A stretch of 64,000 bases of DNA. It comes from an uncultured cyanobacterium (GTDB lineage: Bacteria > Cyanobacteriota > Cyanobacteriia > Cyanobacteriales > CAWUOF01). Positions within the stretch are counted from its first letter, which is position 1. Each line of letters begins with the position of its first letter. Under the pieces are notes generated by a model, which did not search any database, had not been told where the DNA came from, and saw only the letters and a list, made by a program, of their open reading frames with translations. The translations under genes were made by a program, and so were the position numbers. Positions 55,632 to 64,000 of the stretch are shown here, one piece after another. Location: positions 4,768,001 to 4,832,000 of the forward strand of contig CAVUSO010000001.1 of the NCBI GenBank assembly GCA_963744145.1, read 5' to 3'.

Positions 55632-55934
55632 AAGGACCTGAATGGAAAATCATATTGGCGATCGTAAATGGTAACGAATTTATTTGGGAAGACGATTTTA
55701 ATACTATTGAAACCAATAAAATAATTTTGGATTCTGATGAAAAAGCAAGACAAAAAAGAAAAACCAACTAAGACTTTAATTGAAAAAAATCAATAAGAAA
55801 TAGAATTGAACGGACAAAAAATGCCAAAACTTTCTTCCCATCAATCAATTGTTTAGGGATAAACTGTATTGATATATTGGATGATCGTTATTCATGAAAA
55901 TAAGACTTTGCAATTTATCGTTACAAGTCATCAC
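55632..55934 (+). pseudogene. Fragmented AAA/ABC-type ATPase (AAA_21/AAA_15-like) remnant
   Basis: Broken frames GPEWKIILAIVNGNEFIWEDDF.., LIEKNQ*EIELNGQKMPKLSSHQSI, LGINCIDIL, HENKTLQFIVTSHH (H-loop). Confidence 0.65.
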
Positions 55935-56101
55935 AATACGGTTCGTTTAAGGATATTTTGGGAGATATCGACGGAAGTTGGGTGAAGCAAGACACCCAAA
56001 TATGATTATTTGGGATTGAGCAAGCTCCAGTAAAAACTCGAACCTCATCAAGATCATTCTTACTCCCCTTTCCTCTTAGGAGAGGGGTCGGGGGAGAGGT
56101 C
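55934..56101. repeat. MITE-like terminus and short dispersed repeat
   Basis: caatacggttcgtttaag matches the reverse complement of 22198-22215; ctcccctttcctcttaggagaggggtcgggggagagg. Confidence 0.6.
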
Positions 56102-56180
56102 AATCTTGACAATCGCTCAAATAACGACTATTACCAAAGACTATCCCAGAACCTCTTTAGTCAATATTGCTCAAATCTTA

Positions 56181-56232
56181 ATTACCCAAATATTAACTAA
56201 ATAGCCAACCAAAATTAACCCAATATTAACTT
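56181..56232 (+). promoter_or_regulatory. Putative Pho box (SphR/PhoB site)
   Basis: attaccca 56181, attaacta 56192, attaaccc 56214, attaactt 56225: 11-bp phasing, resembling the cyanobacterial PyTTAAPyPy(T/A) consensus, upstream of a P-acquisition operon. Confidence 0.65.
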
Positions 56233-56297
56233 ATTTCATAAAGATTTCGTTCTACTGTCTTTTCTAAACATCTACATATAAATACAGGTGAGGAAGT

Positions 56298-57414
56298 ATG
56301 GTTAGAAAAAGCAGATGGTTTCGATTTTGCTGGGCAAGCAGCACTTTCCTGTATTTTAACAGTCGTAGTCAGTGCTTGTGTTGTCCAGAAACAAAATGGG
56401 CCAAATACAAGTGCGAGTGGAACACCAACAACTGCTCCTAGTAGTGCTGCTGCGGGAAGTGCTATTACAGTCTACACTGCTTTAGAAGATGACCAACTTG
56501 GTAAATACTTACCCTTATTTCAAAAAGTTCATCCAGAAATAAAAATTAACAAAGTTAGAGATTCTACCGGAGTAGTTACAGCGAAACTATTAGCAGAAAA
56601 AGAAAACCCTCAAGCAGATGTAGTTTGGGGACTAGCAGTTTCTAGTTTATTAGTTGCGGATCAACAAGGAATGTTAGAACCCTATGCTCCCCAAGGACTA
56701 GAAGCTGTTGGTGCTAAGTTTAAAGATGAACGTACTCCTCCCCATTGGGTAGGAATTGATGCGTGGATGTCTGCATTTTGTGTCAATACAAAAGAAATGC
56801 AAAAGAAAAATTTACCCATTCCCCAGTCTTGGGATGATCTAACCAAACCAGACTATAAAGGGATGATTGTAATGTCGAATCCAGCATCCTCTGGGACAGG
56901 TTTTCTCTCGGTTTCTGCACTTTTACAAATGAAGGGAGAAAAAGCAGGTTGGGATTACCTTGATGCGTTAGATAAAAATGTAGCTCAATATGTGCATTCA
57001 GGTTCCAAACCTTGCAAAATTGCTGGTTCAGGGGAATATCCCATTGGTATTTCTTTTGATTACCGAGCTGTAAAACAAAAGAATGATGGAGAACCCATTG
57101 AAGCAGTGTTCCCGAAAGAAGGATCAGGATGGGATATTGAAGCTAATGCTTTAGTGAAGAAAAGTACCATTAATCCAGCTGCAAAAACATTCTTAGATTG
57201 GGCGATTTCCCCAGAAATAACTAAATTATATGCCGAATCATATCCAGTAACTGCGTTGAAAAGCGGTGTACCAATTCCCAAAGGATATCCAGAAGATCCG
57301 GTGAAACAATTGAGCGAAAAGAATGATTTTAATTGGGCTGCTAAAAATCGTGAAGCAATTTTAACTGAGTGGACTAAACGCTACGACTCTAAGTCAGAAC
57401 CGAAGAAGAGTTAA
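56298..57414 (+). pseudogene. 2-aminoethylphosphonate-type ABC substrate-binding lipoprotein (PhnS2-like), frameshifted in the signal peptide
   Basis: GAGG RBS and ATG at 56298; removing one T from TTTT at 56325-56328 gives [27 protein letters not shown] in frame with [34 protein letters not shown] and ORF 56671-57414. Confidence 0.8.
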
Positions 57415-57434
57415 TCATCATATCGGAGTTTTCC

Positions 57435-58631
57435 ATGACTAATTCATCTGACGATCTGACAATTGAGCGGGATGAGCGATCGCACCAACCAACCCCAATT
57501 AAACCAGGTGCAGGAACACCACCAGCGATCGCACCCTTATCACCTAATGAAGGGGTTGAACCTTATCTCCAAATCGATAACATTCACAAAAACTTCGGTC
57601 AATTTGTCGCTCTTCGAGATATTTATCTTCATGTTTATCCGGGAGAATTTGTCTGTTTACTCGGTCCGAGCGGTTGTGGTAAAACTACCTTACTCCGAAT
57701 TATTGCTGGATTAGAACAGCAAAATACTGGTCGGATTATTCAAGGGGGAAAAGATATTTCTCGTCTACCCCCAGCAAAAAGAGATTTTGGAATTGTGTTC
57801 CAATCCTATGCGCTGTTTCCCAATTTAACCGCTGCGGAAAATATTGCTTATGGACTACAAAATGCCCAACTCCCTAAACCAGAGATTGAAACTAGAGTTA
57901 AGGAACTATTAGCGAAAGTAGGACTAGAGGGATTCGGTCCTAAATATCCTGCTCAAATGTCTGGTGGTCAACAACAAAGGATTGCTCTAGCTCGAGCTTT
58001 AGCTCTATCACCAGGACTATTGTTATTAGATGAACCCTTATCAGCTTTAGACGCAAAAGTTAGAGTCAAATTGAGAACTGAGATTACCAAACTCCAAAAA
58101 CAGTTAGGAGTCACTACTATTATGGTAACTCATGATCAAGCTGAAGCTCTAGCAATGGCTGATCGAATTGTAGTAATGGATCGGGGATATATTGCTCAAA
58201 TTGGTACACCGCGATCGGTTTACCAACACCCAAATACTCCTTTCGTCGCTAACTTTATTGGGGTGATGAATTTCATTCCTGGAGTAGTAGTTAGCGACGA
58301 AGAAGTACGATGTGGCAATATTTGCTTAAAAACTCCTCCCACCGATCTAACACCTGATACTAAGGTAAAAGTGGCAATTCGTCCTGAAGATATCAACGCT
58401 TTCAATTCAACTGACGACACCACCAATTTCCCTAATGTATTAACGACAGAAATAGAAGGAATTGAATTTCTTGGATCGGTTTATCAACTAGCTCTACGTC
58501 CAGATGGAGATGCAAAAGAACAGTTGATCTGTGAAGTGTCAATCCATGAAGCTCGTGATCTGGATTTAGCTCCCAACACTTCTTTAAAGATTCAATTACC
58601 AACCGAATTAATTCGCGTCTTCCCTGACTAA
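57435..58631 (+). CDS. Aminophosphonate ABC transporter ATP-binding protein (PhnT2-like)
   Basis: GPSGCGKTT, VFQSYALFPNLT, MSGGQQQR, LLDEP, TOBE-like C-terminus. Confidence 0.88.
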   Translation: MTNSSDDLTIERDERSHQPTPIKPGAGTPPAIAPLSPNEGVEPYLQIDNIHKNFGQFVALRDIYLHVYPGEFVCLLGPSGCGKTTLLRIIAGLEQQNTGRIIQGGKDISRLPPAKRDFGIVFQSYALFPNLTAAENIAYGLQNAQLPKPEIETRVKELLAKVGLEGFGPKYPAQMSGGQQQRIALARALALSPGLLLLDEPLSALDAKVRVKLRTEITKLQKQLGVTTIMVTHDQAEALAMADRIVVMDRGYIAQIGTPRSVYQHPNTPFVANFIGVMNFIPGVVVSDEEVRCGNICLKTPPTDLTPDTKVKVAIRPEDINAFNSTDDTTNFPNVLTTEIEGIEFLGSVYQLALRPDGDAKEQLICEVSIHEARDLDLAPNTSLKIQLPTELIRVFPD

Positions 58632-58637
58632 ATTATT

Positions 58638-60404
58638 ATGACTCCATCAACCTCACCCCTAGTCCAACGGTTGTTTCCCAAAAAGATCAACCATGTCATC
58701 ACCCGTGAAGACTGGATTATGATCGCTTTGCTGGTTTTGGGAATGCTGTTTTTATTAGTGGGAATCGTTTTTCCCCTGTATCCAATTATTGTACGGAGTT
58801 TGCAAGATACCGATGGTAATTGGGTGGGATTGACGAATTATCAAAAATATCTCAGTACACCAGCTCTCACTACTTCCTTATTCAACACCTTTTTCATGTC
58901 AATTGTGACAGCGGTAATTTCAGTAGTCTTAGGTTTTATTTATGCTTATGCTCTTACTAGAACTGCAATGAGTGGTAAATTTGTCTTCCGATTACTGGGG
59001 ATTTTACCTTTATATATTCGTCCCATTGCTAATGCGATCGGACTGCAATATCTATTCGGGAATAAGGGTTTGGTGACTGAGGGACTTTTGGGAATCTTAC
59101 CAGGTTGGAATATTGGACTTTATGGACTACATGGAATTGTGATGGGTGAATTTCTCAACTGCTTTCCCCAAGCAGTAGTGATTTTAACCACAGCCTTAAG
59201 TCTAACTGATGCTAGACTTTATGAAGCAGCAGAATCTCTCCGAACTCATCCCCTCCGGACTTTTTTTACCATTACAATTCCTAGTGTAAAGTTTGGGTTA
59301 ATTAATACTATTTTCGTTTGTTTTATTGTTGCATTTACTGACTTTGGTGTACCTAAAGTAGTTGGGGGAGACTTTAATGTTTTAGCGATCGAAGTTTATA
59401 AGCAAGTAATTGGACAACAGAACTTTTCTATGGGAGCGACAATTAGTGTATTCCTCCTCTTACCAACAGTTTTTGCTTTTATTATCGATCGCATTCTCCA
59501 ACGTCGTCAAACTGCGCTAGTTAGTGCCAAATCAGTTCCCCTCCAACCAAAACCAAATCCGACTGTAGATTGGTTAATGTTTGTAGTTTGTTCTGTGATT
59601 GCTGGATTTGGTTTGATTGTATTCTTAACTGTGATCATGGCATCTTTTGTTAAAGTTTGGCCCTATGACTTCAGTTTAACTTTCAAACATTACGATTTTA
59701 GCACAGCTGGGGGTGGTGGATATGAAGCCTATTGGAACAGTATCCAAATGTCACTTTATACAGCAATTTTTGGCACGATCGCGGTTTTTGTAGGTGCTTA
59801 TTTAGTCGAAAAAGCCAAAGGTTTTCAATGGTTACGATTAATTAACTATTTCCTTTCCACTCTTCCGCTAGCTCTCCCAGGTCTAGTATTAGGGTTAGGA
59901 TATGTGTTCTTTTTCAATAAACCATTATGGCCAATTCCAGGTACAGATTTTTCCCTAGTTAATCCCTTTAATTGGATTTATAGCACCATGACAATCCTTG
60001 TGCTGTGTAATATTATTCACTTTTACACAGTCTCTTTTCTCACGGGGACAACTACTCTCAAACAAATTGATCCAGAATTTGAAGCAGTTTCTGCTTCCAT
60101 GAGAGTTCCCTTTTACAAAACTTTTTGGCGCGTTACTGTACCTTTATCTGTACCAGCAATTTTGGAAATTGGCATTTATTATTTTATTAATTCAATGGTG
60201 ACAATTTCCGCTTTAATCTTCATTTATCCACCTAGTATTCCTCTCGCTTCTGTTGCTATTATCAACATGGATGATGCGGGAGATGTTGCTCCAGCAGCAG
60301 CTATGTCTACTTTGGTAATTGCTACCAGTATTGGGGTGCGACTACTTTACTCATTTTTCACCAGAGGATTGTATCAACGCACTCAAGCATGGCTAAAACG
60401 TTAA
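58638..60404 (+). CDS. Aminophosphonate ABC transporter fused permease (PhnU2-like)
   Basis: Two permease repeats; DARLYEAA, TDFGVPKVVGG, YKQVIGQQNF, MDDAGD. Confidence 0.88.
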   Translation: MTPSTSPLVQRLFPKKINHVITREDWIMIALLVLGMLFLLVGIVFPLYPIIVRSLQDTDGNWVGLTNYQKYLSTPALTTSLFNTFFMSIVTAVISVVLGFIYAYALTRTAMSGKFVFRLLGILPLYIRPIANAIGLQYLFGNKGLVTEGLLGILPGWNIGLYGLHGIVMGEFLNCFPQAVVILTTALSLTDARLYEAAESLRTHPLRTFFTITIPSVKFGLINTIFVCFIVAFTDFGVPKVVGGDFNVLAIEVYKQVIGQQNFSMGATISVFLLLPTVFAFIIDRILQRRQTALVSAKSVPLQPKPNPTVDWLMFVVCSVIAGFGLIVFLTVIMASFVKVWPYDFSLTFKHYDFSTAGGGGYEAYWNSIQMSLYTAIFGTIAVFVGAYLVEKAKGFQWLRLINYFLSTLPLALPGLVLGLGYVFFFNKPLWPIPGTDFSLVNPFNWIYSTMTILVLCNIIHFYTVSFLTGTTTLKQIDPEFEAVSASMRVPFYKTFWRVTVPLSVPAILEIGIYYFINSMVTISALIFIYPPSIPLASVAIINMDDAGDVAPAAAMSTLVIATSIGVRLLYSFFTRGLYQRTQAWLKR

Positions 60405-60420
60405 TCAGGGAAGGTGTTCT

Positions 60421-61149
60421 ATGGTAATGATTAAATTAGTTGTTTTCGATATGGCTGGTACAACGGTTAAAGATGAACGAGAAGTAGAAAAATGTTTTTT
60501 TACTGCTGCGGAAAGGACTGATTTAACCGCTAGTTCTGAAAAAGTTGTAGCGATGATGGGATTACCGAAAAAAGTCGTGTTCCAAACCCTGTGGGATGAC
60601 CAAATTGGGAAAAATCATCCTAGTTATGCAACCAAGGTGGAAACTTCTTTTGCCGCATTTAAAGACATTTTAGAAAATCATTATCGCACCGAACCAATTA
60701 CACCAACGGAGGGTTGTTTAGAAATATTCACATGGTTAAAATCCCAGGGTATTAAAATTGCTCTGACTACAGGATTCTATCGACAAGTTACAGATATTAT
60801 CCTCGATCGCTTAGGTTGGAGTCAGGGATTAAATAGTGAATATATTGGTTCAGAACAGTCAATTATCCAAATGTCTGTGACACCTTCAGAGATTTTTAAA
60901 GAAGAGGGTCGTCCGGCACCTTACATGATTCAAAAAGCCATGTATAGTCTCGGAATTATTGACTCAAAAAACGTTGTCACGCTCGGCGATACCCCCTCCG
61001 ATCTCCAAGCTGGAATTAATGCAAATTGTCTTTATTCCTTTGGAATTACCAACGGTACTCATACCAAAGCCCAATTAACTCTACATCCTAATGATGGTTT
61101 ATTTAGTTGTTTGTCAGAATTTCAAACACATTTAGCTGGGTTGTTGTAA
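60421..61149 (+). CDS. HAD-family phosphonatase-like hydrolase (PhnX-like)
   Basis: FDMAGTTV, MGLPKK, LTTGF, GRPAPYMI, GDTPSDLQAG. Confidence 0.8.
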   Translation: MVMIKLVVFDMAGTTVKDEREVEKCFFTAAERTDLTASSEKVVAMMGLPKKVVFQTLWDDQIGKNHPSYATKVETSFAAFKDILENHYRTEPITPTEGCLEIFTWLKSQGIKIALTTGFYRQVTDIILDRLGWSQGLNSEYIGSEQSIIQMSVTPSEIFKEEGRPAPYMIQKAMYSLGIIDSKNVVTLGDTPSDLQAGINANCLYSFGITNGTHTKAQLTLHPNDGLFSCLSEFQTHLAGLL

Positions 61150-61155
61150 ACCACT

Positions 61156-62292
61156 ATGAGTCAAACATATCACTCGGAAGTTGCTATAGTTGGAGCCGGA
61201 ATTGTAGGTCTAGCTCATGCTTTAGCCGCAGCTAAAAAAGGAGCTAAAGTAACAGTATTCGATCGCCATCCGATCGCAATCGGTGCATCAATCCGCAATT
61301 TTGGTATGGTTTGGCCCATTGGTCAACCTACGGGAAAACTGCTCGATCGAGCTTTGCGATCGCGACAAATTTGGACTGAACTATCTGCTCAAGTCGGGTT
61401 TCATGCTGATCCCTGTGGTTCTTTACATCTAGTTTATAATCAAGATGAATTAGATGTCTTAGAAGAGTTTGTCGAAACTCGACAGGAACATCAATATGCG
61501 ATCGCTCTTCTCAAACCTGAGCAGGTAGCTGAAAAAAGTGCTGGAGCTGTAGTTCAGGGATTACTGGGAGCATTATGGAGTGGGACAGAAGTAATAGTTG
61601 ATCCTCGAGAAGCGATCGGCAAAATTCCTGATTTTTTACATCAAGAATATGGAGTGGAATTCCAGTTTAACACTGCGGTTACTCATATTTCCTATCCCAA
61701 CTTTATCGCTGGGGGAGAAAATTGGACTTGTGAGCGACTTTATGTATGTAGTGGAGCGGATTTTGAAACTCTTTATCCCAAAATTTATCAGGAAAGTGGG
61801 ATTACCAAAGTTAAATTGCAAATGCTCAGAACTAGACCTCAACCAAATTTTTGGAGATTAGGTCCTGCACTCTGTGCTGGTTTAACTCTTACCCATTATA
61901 CTGCATTTGCCCATTGTCAATCCCTAACTAAGTTAAAAACCAGAATTCAAACCGAAACTCCTTATTTTGTTGACTGGGGAATTCATGTTATGGTTTCCCA
62001 AAACAACACAGGAGAATTAACTATTGGTGATACCCATGAATATGGTTTAAATCTCGATCCTTTTGATCGAAATGATTTGAACCAATATATCCTCAATTAC
62101 TTTCAATCTTTTGCCAAAGTTCCTGCTCTAGAAATCGCTCAAACTTGGCACGGGATCTACGCCAAAATTCCTCAGAAAACTGAATTAGTAGTTCATCCAG
62201 AACCAGGAGTAACAATTATTAATGCTCTCGGAGGTGCAGGAATGACTCTATCCTTTGGTTTAGCTGAGGAAGTTATGACAATGGAGTCATAA
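61156..62292 (+). CDS. FAD-dependent oxidoreductase, TIGR03364-like (phosphonate-cluster associated)
   Basis: GAGIVGLAHA, GASIRNFGMVWPIGQ, KLQM, IGDTHEY, W.G.YAK, GGAGMTLSFGLAE. Confidence 0.85.
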   Translation: MSQTYHSEVAIVGAGIVGLAHALAAAKKGAKVTVFDRHPIAIGASIRNFGMVWPIGQPTGKLLDRALRSRQIWTELSAQVGFHADPCGSLHLVYNQDELDVLEEFVETRQEHQYAIALLKPEQVAEKSAGAVVQGLLGALWSGTEVIVDPREAIGKIPDFLHQEYGVEFQFNTAVTHISYPNFIAGGENWTCERLYVCSGADFETLYPKIYQESGITKVKLQMLRTRPQPNFWRLGPALCAGLTLTHYTAFAHCQSLTKLKTRIQTETPYFVDWGIHVMVSQNNTGELTIGDTHEYGLNLDPFDRNDLNQYILNYFQSFAKVPALEIAQTWHGIYAKIPQKTELVVHPEPGVTIINALGGAGMTLSFGLAEEVMTMES

Positions 62293-62295
62293 ATT

Positions 62296-62739
62296 ATGAG
62301 TTCACAAATTCGATTGAGAGTAAGTGTAGTGGGGTTATTTATAGACAACAATGAAGTATTACTTTTGCATCAAACTACTCCCCCAGAACCAAATTGTTGG
62401 GATTTACCAGGGGGAGGATTAGAACCTGGTGAAACTTTAATGAATGGACTCCAACGAGAAATTCAAGAAGAAACCGGGTTAACTCAGTTTCAGGTAGAAG
62501 GTTTACTCACAGTAATCGAAAGCTTTTTTCCCGAACCTGAGCAAAGGATGATGCACACTTTAAATCTGGTCTACAAATGTAAAATTACCCCCAAACCTTT
62601 AACCTTTACCACTAGCGATCCTGAAGTTGGTTCCCAAGGAATTCAATGGTTAGCGATCGCGACTCTCAATCGGGAAATTTGTTCAACTCGAACTTGGAAA
62701 GCTTTAATAGCTGCTGGATTAGTTGATGATTGTTTGTAA
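62296..62739 (+). CDS. NUDIX hydrolase
   Basis: WDLPGGGLEPGETLMNGLQREIQEETGL Nudix box. Confidence 0.9.
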   Translation: MSSQIRLRVSVVGLFIDNNEVLLLHQTTPPEPNCWDLPGGGLEPGETLMNGLQREIQEETGLTQFQVEGLLTVIESFFPEPEQRMMHTLNLVYKCKITPKPLTFTTSDPEVGSQGIQWLAIATLNREICSTRTWKALIAAGLVDDCL

Positions 62740-62769
62740 TTAATTTTGCGATGCGGATGTGAGGAGATA

Positions 62770-64000
62770 ATGATGTTTAAATTGTTTCAGTCTAGTGTAA
62801 AATTAAATCCCCTAGGATTAGGTTTGATTTCTTTGCTATCAGCAACCAGTTTAGCAAGTGCAGCAGCAGCAGTTCCCACTAAACAAAACCATGATCAACT
62901 TAATTTCGCAAATTCTTACCAAGGGTTAGATAAACTAGAGCAATCCCTTAAATTAGCTCAAACTGCTGACCAAATAACACCAATTCAACCCCTAAATTCG
63001 ACAGGAACACAATTATCTCAACCCAATCTCCAGACAACGGAAGAACCAAATGACTCAATAGAACAAGTTACATCTGTTTCTCAACTCACAGATGTTGCTC
63101 CCACCGATTGGGCATTTCAAGCACTACAATCTTTAGTTGAGCGTTATGGTTGTATAGCAGGATATCCAGACAGAACTTATCGAGGTAATCGCGGAATTAC
63201 TCGCTATGAATTTGCGGCTGGTTTAAATAGTTGTATGGATAAAATTCAGCAATTAATCGGAGCAGGAGGTAGTAATACAATCCAGAAAGGAGACTTAGAA
63301 ATCCTCAAAAAACTCCAAGAACAATTTGCTGGAGAATTAGCTACTCTTCGGGGTCGAGTTGATTCCCTCGAAACCCGGACTGCGACCCTTGAAAGTCACC
63401 AGTTTTCCACCACTGTCAAACTAACCGGAGAGGCTATTTTTAACCTTTCTGATGTTTTTGGAAATACGGTTGGGAGTAACAAAAATAATGTTAATGCTAA
63501 CCTAGGCGATCGTCTTCGTTTATATCTGGATGGAAGTTTAATCGGTAAAGATAACTTCCATATTGGTATACAAGCCAACAGTATAACCCCCTATAATACC
63601 AGCGTTACTGGTACTAACATGACCCGTTTTGGTTATGATGGTAGTAGCAATAACACCGTTGATTTGTTTGAATTGTCTTACTCTTTTCCTGTCGGTAATA
63701 AACTCAATTTAACCCTCAGTGCTTATGGGATTGAACCCTACGATTTAATTACCAATTTCAGTCCTTTTAGCAGCAGTGGTACTGGTTCTTTATCTCGTTT
63801 TGGACGTTTTAATCCGGTCTATCGTGCTACCAGTAATGGGACAGCTTTAGCTGCTACCTACAAACTCTCCGATAAAATTGCCCTGGAAGCAGTTTATCAA
63901 GCGGGAGATGATAGTAGTAATCCTAGTCCTAAAAATGGCTTATTTAATGGTCGTTATAAAGCGATCGGTCAAGTGGTTTTTACTCCCTCACAAATGCTAT
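62770..64000 (+). CDS. Cyanobacterial SLH-domain outer-membrane porin (Som/OprB-like), runs off the window end
   Basis: GAGGAG RBS; signal peptide; QVTSVSQLTDVAPTDWAFQALQSLVERYGCIAGYPD..YRGNR..TRYEFAAGL; QFSTTVKLTGE. Confidence 0.92.
   Translation, partial: MMFKLFQSSVKLNPLGLGLISLLSATSLASAAAAVPTKQNHDQLNFANSYQGLDKLEQSLKLAQTADQITPIQPLNSTGTQLSQPNLQTTEEPNDSIEQVTSVSQLTDVAPTDWAFQALQSLVERYGCIAGYPDRTYRGNRGITRYEFAAGLNSCMDKIQQLIGAGGSNTIQKGDLEILKKLQEQFAGELATLRGRVDSLETRTATLESHQFSTTVKLTGEAIFNLSDVFGNTVGSNKNNVNANLGDRLRLYLDGSLIGKDNFHIGIQANSITPYNTSVTGTNMTRFGYDGSSNNTVDLFELSYSFPVGNKLNLTLSAYGIEPYDLITNFSPFSSSGTGSLSRFGRFNPVYRATSNGTALAATYKLSDKIALEAVYQAGDDSSNPSPKNGLFNGRYKAIGQVVFTPSQML

Noticed and set aside
44231..55753. 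Many 60-124 aa ORFs within the array (FSILNPGNGTET, FQSRYRDSVLRK, VSVPLPGFSIEK)
   Set aside because: Translations of the CRISPR repeat in open frames; not genes
55921..56112. 63-aa ORF MSRLTSPPTPLLRGKG
   Set aside because: Translation of a dispersed cyanobacterial repeat

Overview
Cyanobacterial chromosomal DNA, judged from the very frequent HIP1 octamer GCGATCGC, chlL/chlN, XisH/XisI, DUF1565-SLH proteins and an SLH-type porin. Left to right: a small accessory patch (PIN toxin pair, nonsense-inactivated xisH plus xisI, orphan modA, DUF4058); two paralogous beta-helix/SLH surface proteins; an ABC-2/GldG transporter; a PAS-GAF-GGDEF cyclase; clpB; a repeat-flanked toxin-antitoxin patch; an ISAs1 element in the 3' end of a glycosyltransferase; and chlL-DUF5331-DUF5331-chlN. 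Next is a complete type I-D CRISPR-Cas locus: divergent WYL, cas3', cas10d with an internal cas11d start, cas7, cas5, cas6, cas4, cas1, cas2, leader and a ~12.2 kb array. By manual count the array has about 163 identical 37-nt repeats. It runs directly into a decayed AAA-ATPase gene. The window ends with a Pho-box-preceded aminophosphonate uptake/catabolism operon and a truncated porin. The most unusual signals lie inside the array: a spacer carrying an inverted 12-nt piece of the repeat, 59- and 78-nt spacers that read as single uninterrupted phage-like ORFs, a reverse-complement spacer pair, paired spacers against diverged alleles of the same genes, an intrinsic terminator and a tRNA T-arm. 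All family assignments come from motif recognition by eye, not database searches.
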